Assembly (NCBI GenBank): GCA_025056305.1
Contig: JANWWJ010000021.1
Span: forward strand, 49,278 to 113,277
Direction of reading: 5' to 3'
Source: Chitinophagales bacterium
GTDB lineage: Bacteria; Bacteroidota; Bacteroidia; Chitinophagales; UBA10324
Length of the DNA stretch: 64,000 nt
The notes under the pieces were generated by a model. That model was not told the DNA's origin. It did not search any database and saw nothing but the letters and a program-made list of their open reading frames with translations. A program made the position numbers and the translations under genes. This document shows, piece by piece, positions 49,719-61,508 of the stretch (position 1 is the first letter of the stretch; each line of letters opens with the position of its first letter).

Positions 49719-50585
49719 TCAGCGGACATGCCGTTCGGCATGGTACGACGAACGAACCAACGGACCGCTTTCTACGTACAGAAAGCCGCGCTGCAGTGCT
49801 TCCTGTTCATAGAGCTGGAACACCTCGGGGTGCACCCATTCCATAATTTCCAAATGGTTGCGCGTAGGTTGAAGGTATTGGCCTATGGTCAAGACGTCAC
49901 AGCCCACGTTACGCAAATCGTCCATGACTTGAAGCACCTCATCGCGGGTTTCCCCCAACCCTACCATGATGCCGCTTTTGGTGCGCATGCCGCCTTTTTT
50001 AAGGTGCGCTAGAACGCCCAGACTTCGCTCATATTTTGCCTGAGGGCGAACCCGACGGTATAGCCGAGGTACCGTTTCCATGTTGTGCGAGACCACTTCG
50101 GGAGCCACCTCAATAATGCGATCCACGCTGCTGAGCATGCCTTTGAAGTCAGGAATCAGGGTTTCAAGCGTTACGCCGGGGGCTATACGTCGGACGGCTC
50201 GTACCGTAGCCGCCCAGATCGCTGCTCCTCCGTCTCGTAATTCATCGCGATTTACCGACGTGATCACCGCGTGTTTGACACCCATACGCCGAATCGCTTC
50301 AGCTACACGTTCAGGCTCAGCGGTATCGTATTCGGTAGGCAATCCGGTTTTGACGGCACAAAACCCGCAGCTCCGCGTGCAGATGTTGCCCAGGATCATA
50401 AAGGTGGCCGTTCCCGCGCCCCAACACTCCCCCATGTTGGGGCAATTGCCGCTTTCGCAAATGGTGTGCAGCCGGTATTCATCGACCAAGGCCCGTACGC
50501 GACGATAGTTTTCGCCGGTAGGCAACTTGACCCGAAGCCACGGAGGCTTTCGCAGGCGCAACGACTGTTGTTCTGTGCTATTCAA
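49719..50585 (-). CDS. lipA: Lipoyl synthase
   Basis: [27 protein letters not shown]; TAGCTTTG motif at 50614-50621. Confidence 0.97.
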   Translation of the reverse strand: MNSTEQQSLRLRKPPWLRVKLPTGENYRRVRALVDEYRLHTICESGNCPNMGECWGAGTATFMILGNICTRSCGFCAVKTGLPTEYDTAEPERVAEAIRRMGVKHAVITSVNRDELRDGGAAIWAATVRAVRRIAPGVTLETLIPDFKGMLSSVDRIIEVAPEVVSHNMETVPRLYRRVRPQAKYERSLGVLAHLKKGGMRTKSGIMVGLGETRDEVLQVMDDLRNVGCDVLTIGQYLQPTRNHLEIMEWVHPEVFQLYEQEALQRGFLYVESGPLVRSSYHAERHVR

Positions 50586-50760
50586 CGTACCATCCTCTTT
50601 TTACCTTGGGCTACAAAGCTAACGCGCAAACGGCCTTGGTTTCCAGCTGCGGCTGATAACTCAGGGTATGAAAAATGTGACCCTCGTATACTCAAAATAT
50701 ATTGCAGAATAAGCCAATGGATGTTTGCTTTAGCCAAGAAGACGCATTTGCTATGAGCTT

Positions 50761-51906
50761 TTAACCTTTCCCTTTTCTTCCTAGGCTCCTTACAACATCT
50801 TTGAGCGGCGTTCGGAATGCCTCAATGAGCCGGGGCATCTGCGTGGCCAAGTGGGAAATTATTTTTTGCCAATCATCACGATTAAAATAGTTCACTTCCA
50901 ACAATTCGTCCTTAATCCGACAAGCCTTTTTGCCGTTGAGACGTTCCCAAATCAGTGGTTTTCCGTAATCCTGCTCAATAATGCTACGTAATTCAAAAAG
51001 CTTGTCAAAGATTTTTTTATTGCGTTCCACACTGGCGTGTTTAAAATACACTTCTACCCGCGCATAAGAATTTGCGATAACAAAGCAAAAGATCACACCT
51101 GCTATGCCGGAGGGCAGTACCAAATAGTTATGTATGGTGGGTTTACACGATCGAAAAACAGGGTGATGCTCGTTTAAATTTCTGATTAATTCACGCCAAA
51201 ATTCCAACCGCACCTGGTGCCGTGCAGCCAATTCCCGTTGTGTTTGCATTTCGTCTTGTGTCTTTTCCGCCATTTTGATGATAAACTCTTCGGCATCTTT
51301 CAGCGGAATGATTTGTTCAAATTGAACCAGCATTTGCTGGTTCATTTCAAAAAGCGACACCTTAAAACATTGAATACGCAACTTGTAATTCAATAACCAA
51401 AGCACGGTTGAAGTAACCTCTTTCCGAAAGCGTGCCGCAATCAAGATGATCCGCTGACACTGGCGATCGTTCAGGTTTAATTCAGAAAAATCATGAACGC
51501 CGAAGAAATCCAGCAAGCGTTCCTCCGCATTATCATCAATGTTTTGCTGCTTCAGATACTGCTCATAGATCTGTTTGATTTGCTCCTTTTTCAAGGTAGA
51601 ACAATAAGCTGCGTATTTCAGGGCTTGACCAACGGCGTCTCTTCCGGTATCATCCAGCTTGTTTTCGATAGTTACCAGATTTCCTTGCTTGTCTATGGCA
51701 AGTAAATCCAGGCGCTCTCCCGTTTCTTGAAAACCGCTAAACTCTTTTTGAATGATCAGCAACTCCTCTCCGAAAACCGATGGGTTTTGGGCAATCCATT
51801 CCTGCAGATCTTGTCGTTCCTTAATACCGAGGTCAGCAAATTTTCGTTCCGGAAGCTTCTGAAGTTTTTTCTCATCAGCACGAAGTACGAACATGACATT
51901 ACCCAA
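50761..51906 (-). CDS. NucS-like PD-(D/E)XK nuclease fused to DUF4268
   Basis: ERQDLQEWI, RLDLLAID..GNLVTIENK, QALKYA; C-terminal EFW...LIWERL..KKACRI. Confidence 0.82.
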   Translation of the reverse strand: MGNVMFVLRADEKKLQKLPERKFADLGIKERQDLQEWIAQNPSVFGEELLIIQKEFSGFQETGERLDLLAIDKQGNLVTIENKLDDTGRDAVGQALKYAAYCSTLKKEQIKQIYEQYLKQQNIDDNAEERLLDFFGVHDFSELNLNDRQCQRIILIAARFRKEVTSTVLWLLNYKLRIQCFKVSLFEMNQQMLVQFEQIIPLKDAEEFIIKMAEKTQDEMQTQRELAARHQVRLEFWRELIRNLNEHHPVFRSCKPTIHNYLVLPSGIAGVIFCFVIANSYARVEVYFKHASVERNKKIFDKLFELRSIIEQDYGKPLIWERLNGKKACRIKDELLEVNYFNRDDWQKIISHLATQMPRLIEAFRTPLKDVVRSLGRKGKG

Positions 51907-51924
51907 TTTGCGAGGAATGACGGC

Positions 51925-52686
51925 CTACCATTTTTTTCCAATCTGCACAGACAAATACAAATTAGGAAAAAACCAATGGTTTTTTTCGCGCAGCATCAAA
52001 GGAATGCGCTTGTAATAGACATCAACGATGAGGCCAGCTTCCAGTGCTTTGATCGATTGTTGGTTTTGTGCCCAATCGAAGTTGAGGCCACTTTTGATAT
52101 GTAATCCCGGAATGGGTTTTACCTCGAGCAATCCCTGGGTGAAACTGGTTCCGCCATAAATGCTAAACCAATCCAGAAATTTTTCCGCATTGGCTTCACT
52201 ATATTTTTCCGTGCGCACTTCATACCGACCGCTGTTGTCTGTTGGATAAAGTAAGTTAAGGTAATATGGCTTAAGCAGCCCGAGCGATAATCCACCTACC
52301 ACTTTTGCGGTCAGTTCCACGCCACTGTGTCGCGCTTTTTCGGCCAACAGGTATTGCTTGCCGTAAGCCACGTTGATTTGGTACAGGCTGTTTTGCTTGC
52401 CGTAAATGAAAGGGCGTGGGGAGTTGATGCCAAAAATCGACATGCCAAAGTCAATCGTTTGCTTGACTTCCTTTGGATGATGCATTTGCGTCACCTCAAT
52501 GACCCAGACGCTTTTGCGAAAAGCATCGTCGGCAGAACCAATATCTGCAAACAAGCCCCACGCACCAGAAGTGTGCAGGTAAATGCCTCCGCTCAGTTCG
52601 CGATGGTATAGAATGCCCGGCCCACTGAATTGTGCAGCCGCTTCGGCCCACACTACCAACGCAAGGCCAGACAAAAAACGTTTCAC
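51925..52686 (-). CDS. Conserved Bacteroidota hypothetical protein, probable outer-membrane beta-barrel
   Basis: Signal peptide, HPKE, FIYGKQN, LGLLKPYYL, terminal LYLSVQIGKKW. Confidence 0.7.
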   Translation of the reverse strand: MKRFLSGLALVVWAEAAAQFSGPGILYHRELSGGIYLHTSGAWGLFADIGSADDAFRKSVWVIEVTQMHHPKEVKQTIDFGMSIFGINSPRPFIYGKQNSLYQINVAYGKQYLLAEKARHSGVELTAKVVGGLSLGLLKPYYLNLLYPTDNSGRYEVRTEKYSEANAEKFLDWFSIYGGTSFTQGLLEVKPIPGLHIKSGLNFDWAQNQQSIKALEAGLIVDVYYKRIPLMLREKNHWFFPNLYLSVQIGKKW

Positions 52687-52827
52687 TATCCAATATTACT
52701 GCACCTTAAAGCTTCGTGCAAGGTCAAAAGTCTTGTTATGCTTAGGTGCATCAAAAAAAGCGAAACACAAATCGTTTCGCTTTATGCTATTTTTCCCCCT
52801 GGCTTAGTCAATGACTAATGCCGGCGC

Positions 52828-53427
52828 ATGAAAAGCAAAGCGAAATATTATGTGGTTTTTTCCGGGCGCAAGACCGGCATCATGCGGACTTGGGCTGAAT
52901 GTGCTGCAGCGACGCATGGATTTTCGGGGGCCCAGTTCAAAAGTTTTTCAACCCTCAACGAAGCCCGACATGCCCTGGCAAGTTTCCAGAAACACCATAC
53001 CCCAACCCCTCCGGATGCCAGCCCAAAAGTCCCCAGTATTTGCGTAGATGCCGCCTGCAATACCGCAACAGGTACTATGGAATATCGAGCCGTGGAATTG
53101 GCCAGCCGAAAAGAACTTTTCCGCAATGGGCCCTTTGCCCACGCCACAAACAATGTAGGAGAATTTTTGGCCATCGTTCATGCTCTCGCATATTGTAAAA
53201 AACATCATCTTAACTGGCCTATCTACTCCGACAGCAAAACAGCATTGACCTGGGTTCGTCGCAAAAAAGCCCGAACCACCCTAAAAGCCGACAAGCTCAA
53301 CCGCGATGTATTTGAGCTGTTACGGCGAGCAGAACTATGGCTTCGCGAGCATAATTATACCAATGAGTTGTTGCAATGGAATACGCCGCTTTGGGGTGAA
53401 AACCCTGCTGACTTTGGCCGCAAATGA
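52828..53427 (+). CDS. rnhA: Ribonuclease HI with N-terminal hybrid-binding (viroplasmin) domain
   Basis: YYVV..GRKTGI..TW.EC, VDAAC, TNNVGEFLA, YSDS, ENPADFGRK. Confidence 0.92.
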   Translation: MKSKAKYYVVFSGRKTGIMRTWAECAAATHGFSGAQFKSFSTLNEARHALASFQKHHTPTPPDASPKVPSICVDAACNTATGTMEYRAVELASRKELFRNGPFAHATNNVGEFLAIVHALAYCKKHHLNWPIYSDSKTALTWVRRKKARTTLKADKLNRDVFELLRRAELWLREHNYTNELLQWNTPLWGENPADFGRK

Positions 53428-53432
53428 TGAAA

Positions 53433-54491
53433 TCAAGCCGTAACGGCTGATCCTGGAGTAGCACTGGCAGCGCTGGCTTCTCGTGCCTGTCTGATGAATT
53501 CTTCAACTTTTTCAACCATTTGCGTTGATCCAAGAAAAACCGGGCATTTCTGATGCAACTCGGTAGGCTGAATATCCAAAATTCGACGCTGCCCATCGCT
53601 GGCTTTGCCCCCTGCCTGCTCAATGATGAAAGACATAGGAAAACATTCAAACAGCAGGCGCAGCTTACCCTGGGGTGCCCCTTTCGATGCCGGATACATG
53701 AAGATGCCGCCGTACAGCAAACTCCGGTGAACGTCGGCGACCAATGAACCTATGTAGCGTAAAGAATAAGGCCGTCCGGTAGTTTTATCTTCACTCTGGC
53801 AATAGGTGATATAATCTTTGATGGCCTGATCAAACTTCAAAAAGTTGCCTTGATTTACGGAATAGATTTTTCCGGTTTCCGGAATCTTGATGTTCGGGTG
53901 CGACAAGCAAAACTCCCCGATGGAGGGGTCTAAGGTAAACCCGTTAACTCCATTGCCAGTTGTATATACCATCATGGTACTGGAGCCGTAGAAGATATAA
54001 CCTGCCGCGACTTGCCTCGATCCTTTTTGCAAAAAATCTTCCAACGTACAAGGCCCGAAAAACGATTGGCGACGATAGATACTGAATATAGTGCCAATGC
54101 CTACATTGACATCAATATTCGAAGAGCCATCTAACGGATCTAACGTAACAACATACTTGGCATTTTTAGCATCTTCGGTGTTGATGGGCAGAAAAGTTTC
54201 CATTTCCTCACTGGCTATACCACAACATTCGCCACTTACTTGAAGGCTGGTGATAAACTGTTCGTTGGCAAACAAATCTAATTTTTTGACTTCATCACCC
54301 GTTGTGTTGCTGATGCCAGTAGTTCCCAGAATATCCACCAGGCCGGCCTTGTTCACTTCCCGATTAACAATTTTTGCAGCAAAGCCAATATCGCGCAGCA
54401 GGCCACTTAATTCTCCGGTAGCGAAGGGAAAATCTCGCTCGCGTTCGTAAATAAACTCGTCAAGCGTAATGACTTTCTTGGTGGTTTTCAT
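53433..54491 (-). CDS. fbp: Fructose-1,6-bisphosphatase class 1
   Basis: [32 protein letters not shown]. Confidence 0.97.
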   Translation of the reverse strand: MKTTKKVITLDEFIYERERDFPFATGELSGLLRDIGFAAKIVNREVNKAGLVDILGTTGISNTTGDEVKKLDLFANEQFITSLQVSGECCGIASEEMETFLPINTEDAKNAKYVVTLDPLDGSSNIDVNVGIGTIFSIYRRQSFFGPCTLEDFLQKGSRQVAAGYIFYGSSTMMVYTTGNGVNGFTLDPSIGEFCLSHPNIKIPETGKIYSVNQGNFLKFDQAIKDYITYCQSEDKTTGRPYSLRYIGSLVADVHRSLLYGGIFMYPASKGAPQGKLRLLFECFPMSFIIEQAGGKASDGQRRILDIQPTELHQKCPVFLGSTQMVEKVEEFIRQAREASAASATPGSAVTA

Positions 54492-54635
54492 TTATGGACG
54501 ATTTGGTGATGCTTGCTGTTAGCATAGATCTCAAAACAGCTTTACGCAAATATAAGGAGCGACAGTCTTGCGGGGGGTGCTACGAGCTCAGCAGCAAAAA
54601 GGCAGTTCCGGGTTTTTTACACCTTTGCCCCTTAC

Positions 54636-55946
54636 ATGAGTGAACGGCGGAAAGTACAGGTTTTTAAGTTCGGAGGTGCTGCCCTTCAAGATGCCGAAGG
54701 CTTCCGCAACGTCCTGCACTTGTTAAAGCCCTACCGCGGACAACCACTTGTGATTGTGATTTCAGCATTAGGCAAAACCACCAATGCATTAGAGCAGGTG
54801 GTGGAGGCTTACTTCCACGATCCTGTGGAGGCTTTGCATCGCTTGCAGGCACTTAAGAAGCAGCATGAACTTATCGCATTGCAATTGTTTGATGCTTCTG
54901 ACCCTGTAATCGATAAACTGCATAACACATTTGCCGAAGCAGAGTGGTTGCTGGAAGAACATCGCCGTGAGCCCTACGACTACGTTTACGATCAGGTGGT
55001 TGCTGTGGGTGAATTGGCCTCCAGCCTTTTGGTGGCCCGTCTGCTTGAAGTAAACGGTTTGGAGACCCGTTGGCTGGATGTTCGCGATTTAATCATTACC
55101 GACGATTCATTTCGTGAAGCCAATGTGCACTGGCCAGAAACCATTCAACGCATCACCAACAATATATCTACGTCAATCAATCCACCGTGGATTGTCACCC
55201 AAGGCTTTATTGCTGCCACCAGCGGCAACCGTACTACTACACTCGGACGCGAAGGCTCAGACTACAGCGCTGCCATCTTTGCCCATGCCCTGGATGCAAC
55301 CTCTGTCACTATTTGGAAAGACGTTCCCGGGGTCTTAAATGCCGACCCGCGCCTGGTGCCTAATGCCATCCCCATACGTCAGCTCAGCTACCACGAGGCC
55401 ATCGAGATGAGCTATTATGGCGCTACGGTGATACATCCCAAAACCATTAAACCATTACAGAACAAAAGCATTCCCTTGTACGTGCGCAGCTTCGTCGATG
55501 CCGAGCTGCCCGGCACGGTAATCAATCACGAACAAACTGAAGTACTGCCGCCGATTGTGGTCTTGAAAAATCGGCAAGTGTTGTTGTCTATTTATCCGCG
55601 CGATTTTTCGTTTATAACTGAAGCTGCATTAAGTGAAATTTTTTCGTTGCTGTCAAATCACCGCATGCGCACCCACTTAATGCAGCAATCGGCCATGAGC
55701 TTTTCGCTGTGCACGGATGAAAATGAGCGTCTGGAAGCGCTGCTGACCGACCTGCGTCGATCTTTTGCTGTGCGTGAGAACCGCAACCTGCATTTGCTTA
55801 CCATACGCCACTATACCGAGCCACTGCTGGCTCAGCTACTCAAAAATGCTGCCATCTATCTGGAACAAAAGTCACGGCATACGGTGCAGATTGCCTTACA
55901 GCCCCCGCAAATGTGGCCGGCATTGAAAAATTTAAAGTTTCCCTAA
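54636..55946 (+). CDS. lysC: Aspartate kinase
   Basis: [45 protein letters not shown]. Confidence 0.94.
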   Translation: MSERRKVQVFKFGGAALQDAEGFRNVLHLLKPYRGQPLVIVISALGKTTNALEQVVEAYFHDPVEALHRLQALKKQHELIALQLFDASDPVIDKLHNTFAEAEWLLEEHRREPYDYVYDQVVAVGELASSLLVARLLEVNGLETRWLDVRDLIITDDSFREANVHWPETIQRITNNISTSINPPWIVTQGFIAATSGNRTTTLGREGSDYSAAIFAHALDATSVTIWKDVPGVLNADPRLVPNAIPIRQLSYHEAIEMSYYGATVIHPKTIKPLQNKSIPLYVRSFVDAELPGTVINHEQTEVLPPIVVLKNRQVLLSIYPRDFSFITEAALSEIFSLLSNHRMRTHLMQQSAMSFSLCTDENERLEALLTDLRRSFAVRENRNLHLLTIRHYTEPLLAQLLKNAAIYLEQKSRHTVQIALQPPQMWPALKNLKFP

Positions 55947-55987
55947 CTTTTGTTGAAACGTTAGATTTGTTGGCCTTTTTGCCGGTT

Positions 55988-56941
55988 ATGGAATTTCTCG
56001 ACTTTGAAAAACCTATTGAAGAACTCACCCATCAGCTCGACAAGCTTAAGGAAATAAGCCAAAAAGGCAAGATAGATGTCCGTGAGGCCATCCGCGAATT
56101 GGAAGAAAAGTTAGCAGCCACGCGCCGGGAGGTCTATCGCAATCTTACCGGATGGCAGCGCGTGCAATTGTCGCGTCATCCACAGCGTCCATACACGCTA
56201 TTTTACATACAAAAAATTTGCAATAGGTTTATTGAATTACACGGCGACCGTTGTGGCGGCGATGATAAAGCTATGGTGGGCGGCATCGGCGAAGTCGAAG
56301 GACAGACCATAGTTTTTGTCGGCCAGCAAAAAGGCAGCACAACCAAAGAGCGGCAATACCGCAACTTCGGAATGGCTAATCCTGAAGGATACCGAAAAGC
56401 GTTACGGCTGTTTCGCTTAGCCGAGCGGTTCGGCTTTCCGGTTGTCACCTTAATCGATACCCCGGGCGCTTTTCCAGGAGTGGAAGCTGAAGAACGGGGT
56501 CAGGCCGAGGCTATCGCACGCAACCTGTTTGAAATGGCGCGGCTTCGCAGCCCCATCGTTTGCATCATCATCGGAGAAGGGGCCAGTGGCGGAGCTTTAG
56601 GTATTGGCGTTGGCGACCGGGTGCTGATGCTGGAAAACACGTGGTACTCAGTCATCTCACCGGAATCATGCTCATCGATCTTATGGCATTCGTGGGAAAA
56701 AAAGGAAGAAGCCGCAGAACAACTAAAACTTACGGCCCAGCACATGATCTCTTTCGGTTTTATTGACGGCGTGATCGAAGAGCCGCTGGGCGGGGCTCAT
56801 AACGATCCAGATGCCATGGCTGAACGGCTGAAGAAAGAGATCTTAAAACACGTCAACGAGTTATTACAGATGAGTGCAGAAGAACGCATTGCTGCACGCA
56901 TCCGCAAGTTTTCATCAATGGGCTATTTTCAGGTGGCTTGA
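55988..56941 (+). CDS. accA: Acetyl-CoA carboxylase carboxyltransferase alpha subunit
   Basis: [10 protein letters not shown] start, [26 protein letters not shown]; TAGATTTG at 55962-55969. Confidence 0.97.
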   Translation: MEFLDFEKPIEELTHQLDKLKEISQKGKIDVREAIRELEEKLAATRREVYRNLTGWQRVQLSRHPQRPYTLFYIQKICNRFIELHGDRCGGDDKAMVGGIGEVEGQTIVFVGQQKGSTTKERQYRNFGMANPEGYRKALRLFRLAERFGFPVVTLIDTPGAFPGVEAEERGQAEAIARNLFEMARLRSPIVCIIIGEGASGGALGIGVGDRVLMLENTWYSVISPESCSSILWHSWEKKEEAAEQLKLTAQHMISFGFIDGVIEEPLGGAHNDPDAMAERLKKEILKHVNELLQMSAEERIAARIRKFSSMGYFQVA

Positions 56942-56943
56942 GT

Positions 56944-57465
56944 ATGTGGCAGGGTATTCAACGTTGGTTGCATCATCAGTTTTTGCAACGGCAACTGCGT
57001 AACCGAAAAATCCCGCGACAGACCATACGACTTCGGGATGCACACGACATCGGCATCTTGTTCGACGCCTCCGAGCCTGATCAGGTAACCGTGGTCACTC
57101 AGTTTGCCGAGAACCTGCGAAAAGAACAAAAAAAGACTACGCTGCTCGGATTTTATGATCAGTCCAAGCAGGCCATCAATTTCAATTTTGCCTATTTCAA
57201 CCGAAAAAATCTAAACTGGTATTTGGCCCCCACAGGCCTGGTGGTGAAAGAGTTTATGGAGCGGCCCTTCGACATTTTGATCAATGCATACCTGCGCGAA
57301 AGCTTGCCGTTGGAATACGTAAGTGCCCTATCACACGCTCGTTTGCGCATCGGCCCCTACACGAAAAACAAGGTTTATGCTTACGATTTTATGGTCTCCG
57401 TCAAAGAAGACGAGACTCTGGCCGAATTGCTTCACTATATGCGTGAATATTTGGAAATGCTTTAA
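56944..57465 (+). CDS. Conserved hypothetical protein (DUF6913-like) upstream of dapA
   Basis: IGILFD, LNW, F....FDILIN, S.A..RIG, DFM. Confidence 0.65.
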   Translation: MWQGIQRWLHHQFLQRQLRNRKIPRQTIRLRDAHDIGILFDASEPDQVTVVTQFAENLRKEQKKTTLLGFYDQSKQAINFNFAYFNRKNLNWYLAPTGLVVKEFMERPFDILINAYLRESLPLEYVSALSHARLRIGPYTKNKVYAYDFMVSVKEDETLAELLHYMREYLEML

Positions 57466-57480
57466 TTAAATCTTTGCTTA

Positions 57481-58377
57481 ATGAGTGCATTGAACCTGCG
57501 GGGCACCGGCGTGGCGCTGATTACCCCGTTTACCACAGAAGGTACCCTAGACGAAACGGCCTTGTTGCGCCTTGTCGACCATTGTCTGGCTCAGGGCGTA
57601 AACTACTTTGTTGCATTAGGCACAACGGCCGAAACGCCCACTTTGACCGCGGAAGAGAAAAACCGGATTCTTCGCCTCCTCTCAGCTCATGTCGGAAGTC
57701 GTGTGCCACTGGTGGCCGGTGTGGGTGGCAATAACACCGCCGAGGTAGTAGAGCAGTTGAAGCAGCTGGATTTGAGTGGCTACCAAGCTGTTCTTTCTGT
57801 ATGCCCCTACTATAATAAACCCACCCAGGAAGGGCTTTATCAACATTTTCTGGCCGTAGCAGAGGCCTCTCCGCTGCCTGTAATTCTGTATAACGTCCCG
57901 GGTCGGACCGCTTCAAACCTCAGCGCGGCCACAACTGTAAAGCTTGCCCGCACGCACCCCCGTATCATAGGCATCAAAGAAGCCTCCGGCAATCTGACGC
58001 AGATCATGGAAATAGTTCGTGACCGACCAGAAGGCTTTCTGGTTTTATCGGGCGATGACGTGCTAACCCTGCCGCTCATCAGCTTTGGCTGTGACGGTGT
58101 GATCTCAGTTGCAGCACAGGCAGTGCCGGCGACTTTTTGCCGCATGGTGCGCTCGGCCTTAGGTGGGGATTTTGAAATGGCAACCCGCCTCCACCTGAAG
58201 CTGTTGACTCTGATGGATTTGCTGTTTTCAGAAGGAAACCCCGCAGGCATCAAAGCCGCCCTGCATATATTGGCAATTGCCGAAAACGTTTTACGCCTGC
58301 CTCTGGTACCCGTCAGCTCTTCTTTGTACGAAAAACTCGCCGAAGCATTAAAAAGCCTTCAGCACGATTCCGGTTGA
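57481..58377 (+). CDS. dapA: 4-hydroxy-tetrahydrodipicolinate synthase
   Basis: ALITPF, LGTTAE, PYYNKP, LYNVPGRT, GIKEASG, LSGDD. Confidence 0.97.
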   Translation: MSALNLRGTGVALITPFTTEGTLDETALLRLVDHCLAQGVNYFVALGTTAETPTLTAEEKNRILRLLSAHVGSRVPLVAGVGGNNTAEVVEQLKQLDLSGYQAVLSVCPYYNKPTQEGLYQHFLAVAEASPLPVILYNVPGRTASNLSAATTVKLARTHPRIIGIKEASGNLTQIMEIVRDRPEGFLVLSGDDVLTLPLISFGCDGVISVAAQAVPATFCRMVRSALGGDFEMATRLHLKLLTLMDLLFSEGNPAGIKAALHILAIAENVLRLPLVPVSSSLYEKLAEALKSLQHDSG

Positions 58378-59706
58378 TCACAGCAGCTCGTTAGCCAGAT
58401 TGGCCAGTTCGCTGCGTTCGCCTTTTTTTAACGTCACGTGCGCATATAGGTGATTGCCATGTGCACGTTCGATCAGATAGCTCAGTCCATTACTGCGTGC
58501 ATCCAGATATGGTGTATCAATTTGGTGAATGTCGCCCGTGAAGACCATCTTGGTATTTTCTCCACCGCGTGAGATAATGGTTTTCACTTCATGCGGCGTA
58601 AGGTTTTGTGCTTCATCAACAATAAAAAATACGTTGGAAAAGCTGCGCCCACGAATGTAAGCTAACGGACAAACCACCAACTTTTCGTTTTCAACCATTT
58701 CGCCGATCAGGCGGTATTCTTTTTCTTTATCTGAAAACTGATTGCGGATGTATTTCAAATTATCCCATAACGGTTCCATATATGGGTTAAGCTTACTTTT
58801 AATGTCACCGGGTAAGTATCCGATGTCTTTATTGGACAGAGGCACTACCGGCCGAGCCAAATAGATTTGATGATAGTTGCGCCGCTGCTCCAGAGCGCCG
58901 GCTAACGACAGCAACGTTTTGCCTGTTCCGGCAACACCTTGCAGCGTCACCAAATTGATATCCGGATTGAGGATCGCCTCTAAAGCACAGATCTGCTCCA
59001 CATTACGAGGCGTAATGCGAAATGCTGATCGCTTTCTGACCAGCTCTAAACGACCCTTAGCAGGATTGTACCAGGCAACGAGCGATTTTTCTTCATGTTT
59101 GAAAACATAAAAATGGTTGGGGACGGGATTGAATTTTTTGCCCAATAAGCTGACTTTTGCATGTCCGTTTTGATAAAGTTCGCTGAGCAGGGCCGGCGGT
59201 GTGGTCGTGAGCGTCGAAACGCCGGTGTACAGCTCTTCGGGGCTGCGCGTCTTCCCGGTTTCATAATCCTCAGCAATCAGGTTGAGGGCCTTGGCCTTGA
59301 TGCGCAGGTTGATGTCTTTGCTGACCAATACAACTTTACGGTTGGGGTGTTCTTTCTGCAGTTGCAGCGCGGCGTTGAGGATGCGATGATCGGGCTTAAC
59401 CTCACCAAAGATCTGATCTACGTCAATGCCATTAGGGCTGCCCATGACTATACGAAAGCAGCCGTGGTTGCGGCCGTTGATGCGGGTCCAATTTTGTAAA
59501 GATTGACTTCCGCTGACTTTATCAATGTACCGAATAAACTCGCGCGCGGCAAAGTTTTTTTCATCATTTCCTTTCTTGAACTGATCAAGCTCTTCCAAAA
59601 CAGTGATGGGGATGACCACATCGTGTTCCTGAAAGTTTTTGATGGCCTGGTAGTCGTACAGAATTACGGAAGTATCCAGCACAAATATTTTCCTCTGTTC
59701 TTTCAT
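58378..59706 (-). CDS. PIN domain + PhoH ATPase protein (PhoH2/YlaK-like)
   Basis: FVLDTSV, EELD, DHRIL, SKDINLR, GVAGTGKT, GYLPG, RGRS, DEAQN; start placed at MKEQRK. Confidence 0.92.
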   Translation of the reverse strand: MKEQRKIFVLDTSVILYDYQAIKNFQEHDVVIPITVLEELDQFKKGNDEKNFAAREFIRYIDKVSGSQSLQNWTRINGRNHGCFRIVMGSPNGIDVDQIFGEVKPDHRILNAALQLQKEHPNRKVVLVSKDINLRIKAKALNLIAEDYETGKTRSPEELYTGVSTLTTTPPALLSELYQNGHAKVSLLGKKFNPVPNHFYVFKHEEKSLVAWYNPAKGRLELVRKRSAFRITPRNVEQICALEAILNPDINLVTLQGVAGTGKTLLSLAGALEQRRNYHQIYLARPVVPLSNKDIGYLPGDIKSKLNPYMEPLWDNLKYIRNQFSDKEKEYRLIGEMVENEKLVVCPLAYIRGRSFSNVFFIVDEAQNLTPHEVKTIISRGGENTKMVFTGDIHQIDTPYLDARSNGLSYLIERAHGNHLYAHVTLKKGERSELANLANELL

Positions 59707-59833
59707 CAAAGCACAATTACCACGATAAAAATAGAGGGCTGTATTCAGCACCGACCCTTTGAACCAGTAAAAATCTAACAGCCGGACGTTGATTTGTCCT
59801 ATGAGCGCCAACTATGAGTCGGCTGTGGACAGT

Positions 59834-61390
59834 TCAGGCAGGAAGAAGGCGAACGATCGGTACAATCATTTCTTCCATAGAAATACCGCCGTGCTGAAAA
59901 GTGTTTTTATACAACCCTACATGAAAATTGTAGTTATTAGGATAAACAAAAAACTTGTTTTCCTTAATAAAAATAAACGTAGAGCTTACATGGGGACGAG
60001 GTAACATGAGCTCGTGCGGATTTCGCGTTTCCAAAACGTCGCGGGGATCATATTTCAAGTTGCGACCGTGTTTATAACGTAGGTTGGTAGTGGTATCACG
60101 ATCGCCGATGACTTTTACCGGCTCTTTGACCCGGATCGTGCCGTGGTCGGTAGTGATGAAAAGCTGTACGGGGTGTTTTGACACACGCGTCAAGGCTTCC
60201 CAAAGGGGCGAATGCATGAACCAGCTGCGGGTAATGCTGCGGTATGCCGTTTCATCACTGGCCAACTCTTTCAATACATCCATTTCAGTGCGGGCGTGGG
60301 AAAGCATGTCTACAAAGTTGTAAACGATAACATTTAAGTCGTTGTGCAACAGGTTTAGGATGTTATCTACCAGCTGACGCCCATCGTCGTAGTTAGTGAT
60401 CTTGGTGTAGCTCATCCGAAGGCTCAGCCGCCGACGCGACAGGTGATCGGTCAGAAATTCTTTTTCAAAAAGGTTTTTTCCTCCTTCATCCTCATCGTTA
60501 CGCCACAGGTGAGGAAAGCGACGTTCTATATCCAGCGGCATCAACCCGGCAAACAAGGCATTGCGGCTGTAATGCGTGGAAGTGGGTAAAATGCTATAAA
60601 AGGTATCTTCGTCAGCAATCCGGAACACAGCATTTAGTTCGGGTTCGATCACCTTCCATTGATCGTAGCGCAGATTATCGATCACGACCAAAAAAGTGCT
60701 TGTTCCCGCTTGCAAATGGGGAAAAACTTTCCGCGCCAGCAACGTGTGCGATAATGTGGGCGTTTGCTCGTCGGGCTTTTGCATCCATTGCTTGTAGTTC
60801 CGCACGATGAACTTGCAGAACTCGGTGTTCGCTTCTGCTTTTTGCAAGGCCAGCACCTCCAGCATGGCGTCGTTGCGGGCCTGATCCAGTTCCAGTTCCC
60901 AATAAACAAGCTGACGGTACAGTTCAGCCCACTCCCGCGCATTCAGCCCCATATGTATGCGCGCCAGAAATTGCTGAAAGCGTTTTTGATATTCCGAGGT
61001 GGTTTTTTCAGTGACCAATCGCCGGTTATCTAAAAGTTTTTTTAATGTAAGCAGCACCTGTTGCGGCTTTACCGGCTTGATCAGGTAGTCGCTGATTTGC
61101 GATCCGATGGCCTCTTCCATTAAGTGCTCTTCTTCGCTTTTGGTAATCATCACCACGGGCACATGTGGCCGCAAAGCCTTAATTGCCGACAAGGTCTCCA
61201 AACCGCTGCGGCCTGGCATTTGTTCATCCAGAAATACAATATCCGGATAATGGGTGCGGCACAATTCTACCGCATCATGACCATTACTGGCTTCAATGAT
61301 GGAATATCCTTTTTCCTTTAAAAACAGGATTTGCGGCTTCAGGAGATCGATTTCATCATCCACCCACAATATGGTCACTTCATGGTTCAT
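59834..61390 (-). CDS. porX: T9SS response regulator (receiver + PglZ/alkaline phosphatase domain)
   Basis: WVDDEIDLLKP, LDEQMPG, IDNLRYDQW, LPTST.YSRNA, TTDHG, QHGGISMEEM. Confidence 0.93.
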   Translation of the reverse strand: MNHEVTILWVDDEIDLLKPQILFLKEKGYSIIEASNGHDAVELCRTHYPDIVFLDEQMPGRSGLETLSAIKALRPHVPVVMITKSEEEHLMEEAIGSQISDYLIKPVKPQQVLLTLKKLLDNRRLVTEKTTSEYQKRFQQFLARIHMGLNAREWAELYRQLVYWELELDQARNDAMLEVLALQKAEANTEFCKFIVRNYKQWMQKPDEQTPTLSHTLLARKVFPHLQAGTSTFLVVIDNLRYDQWKVIEPELNAVFRIADEDTFYSILPTSTHYSRNALFAGLMPLDIERRFPHLWRNDEDEGGKNLFEKEFLTDHLSRRRLSLRMSYTKITNYDDGRQLVDNILNLLHNDLNVIVYNFVDMLSHARTEMDVLKELASDETAYRSITRSWFMHSPLWEALTRVSKHPVQLFITTDHGTIRVKEPVKVIGDRDTTTNLRYKHGRNLKYDPRDVLETRNPHELMLPRPHVSSTFIFIKENKFFVYPNNYNFHVGLYKNTFQHGGISMEEMIVPIVRLLPA

Positions 61391-61508
61391 GTCTATGCTT
61401 TTGGTACTTGGTTTTTACAAAGTTCGGACACCTGCTGCAATCGGCCTGCCTGTATCTTTACCAACCCGCTTGTGATCGTTTCTACCACAGTACTTCACTT
61501 TTCTCTCC

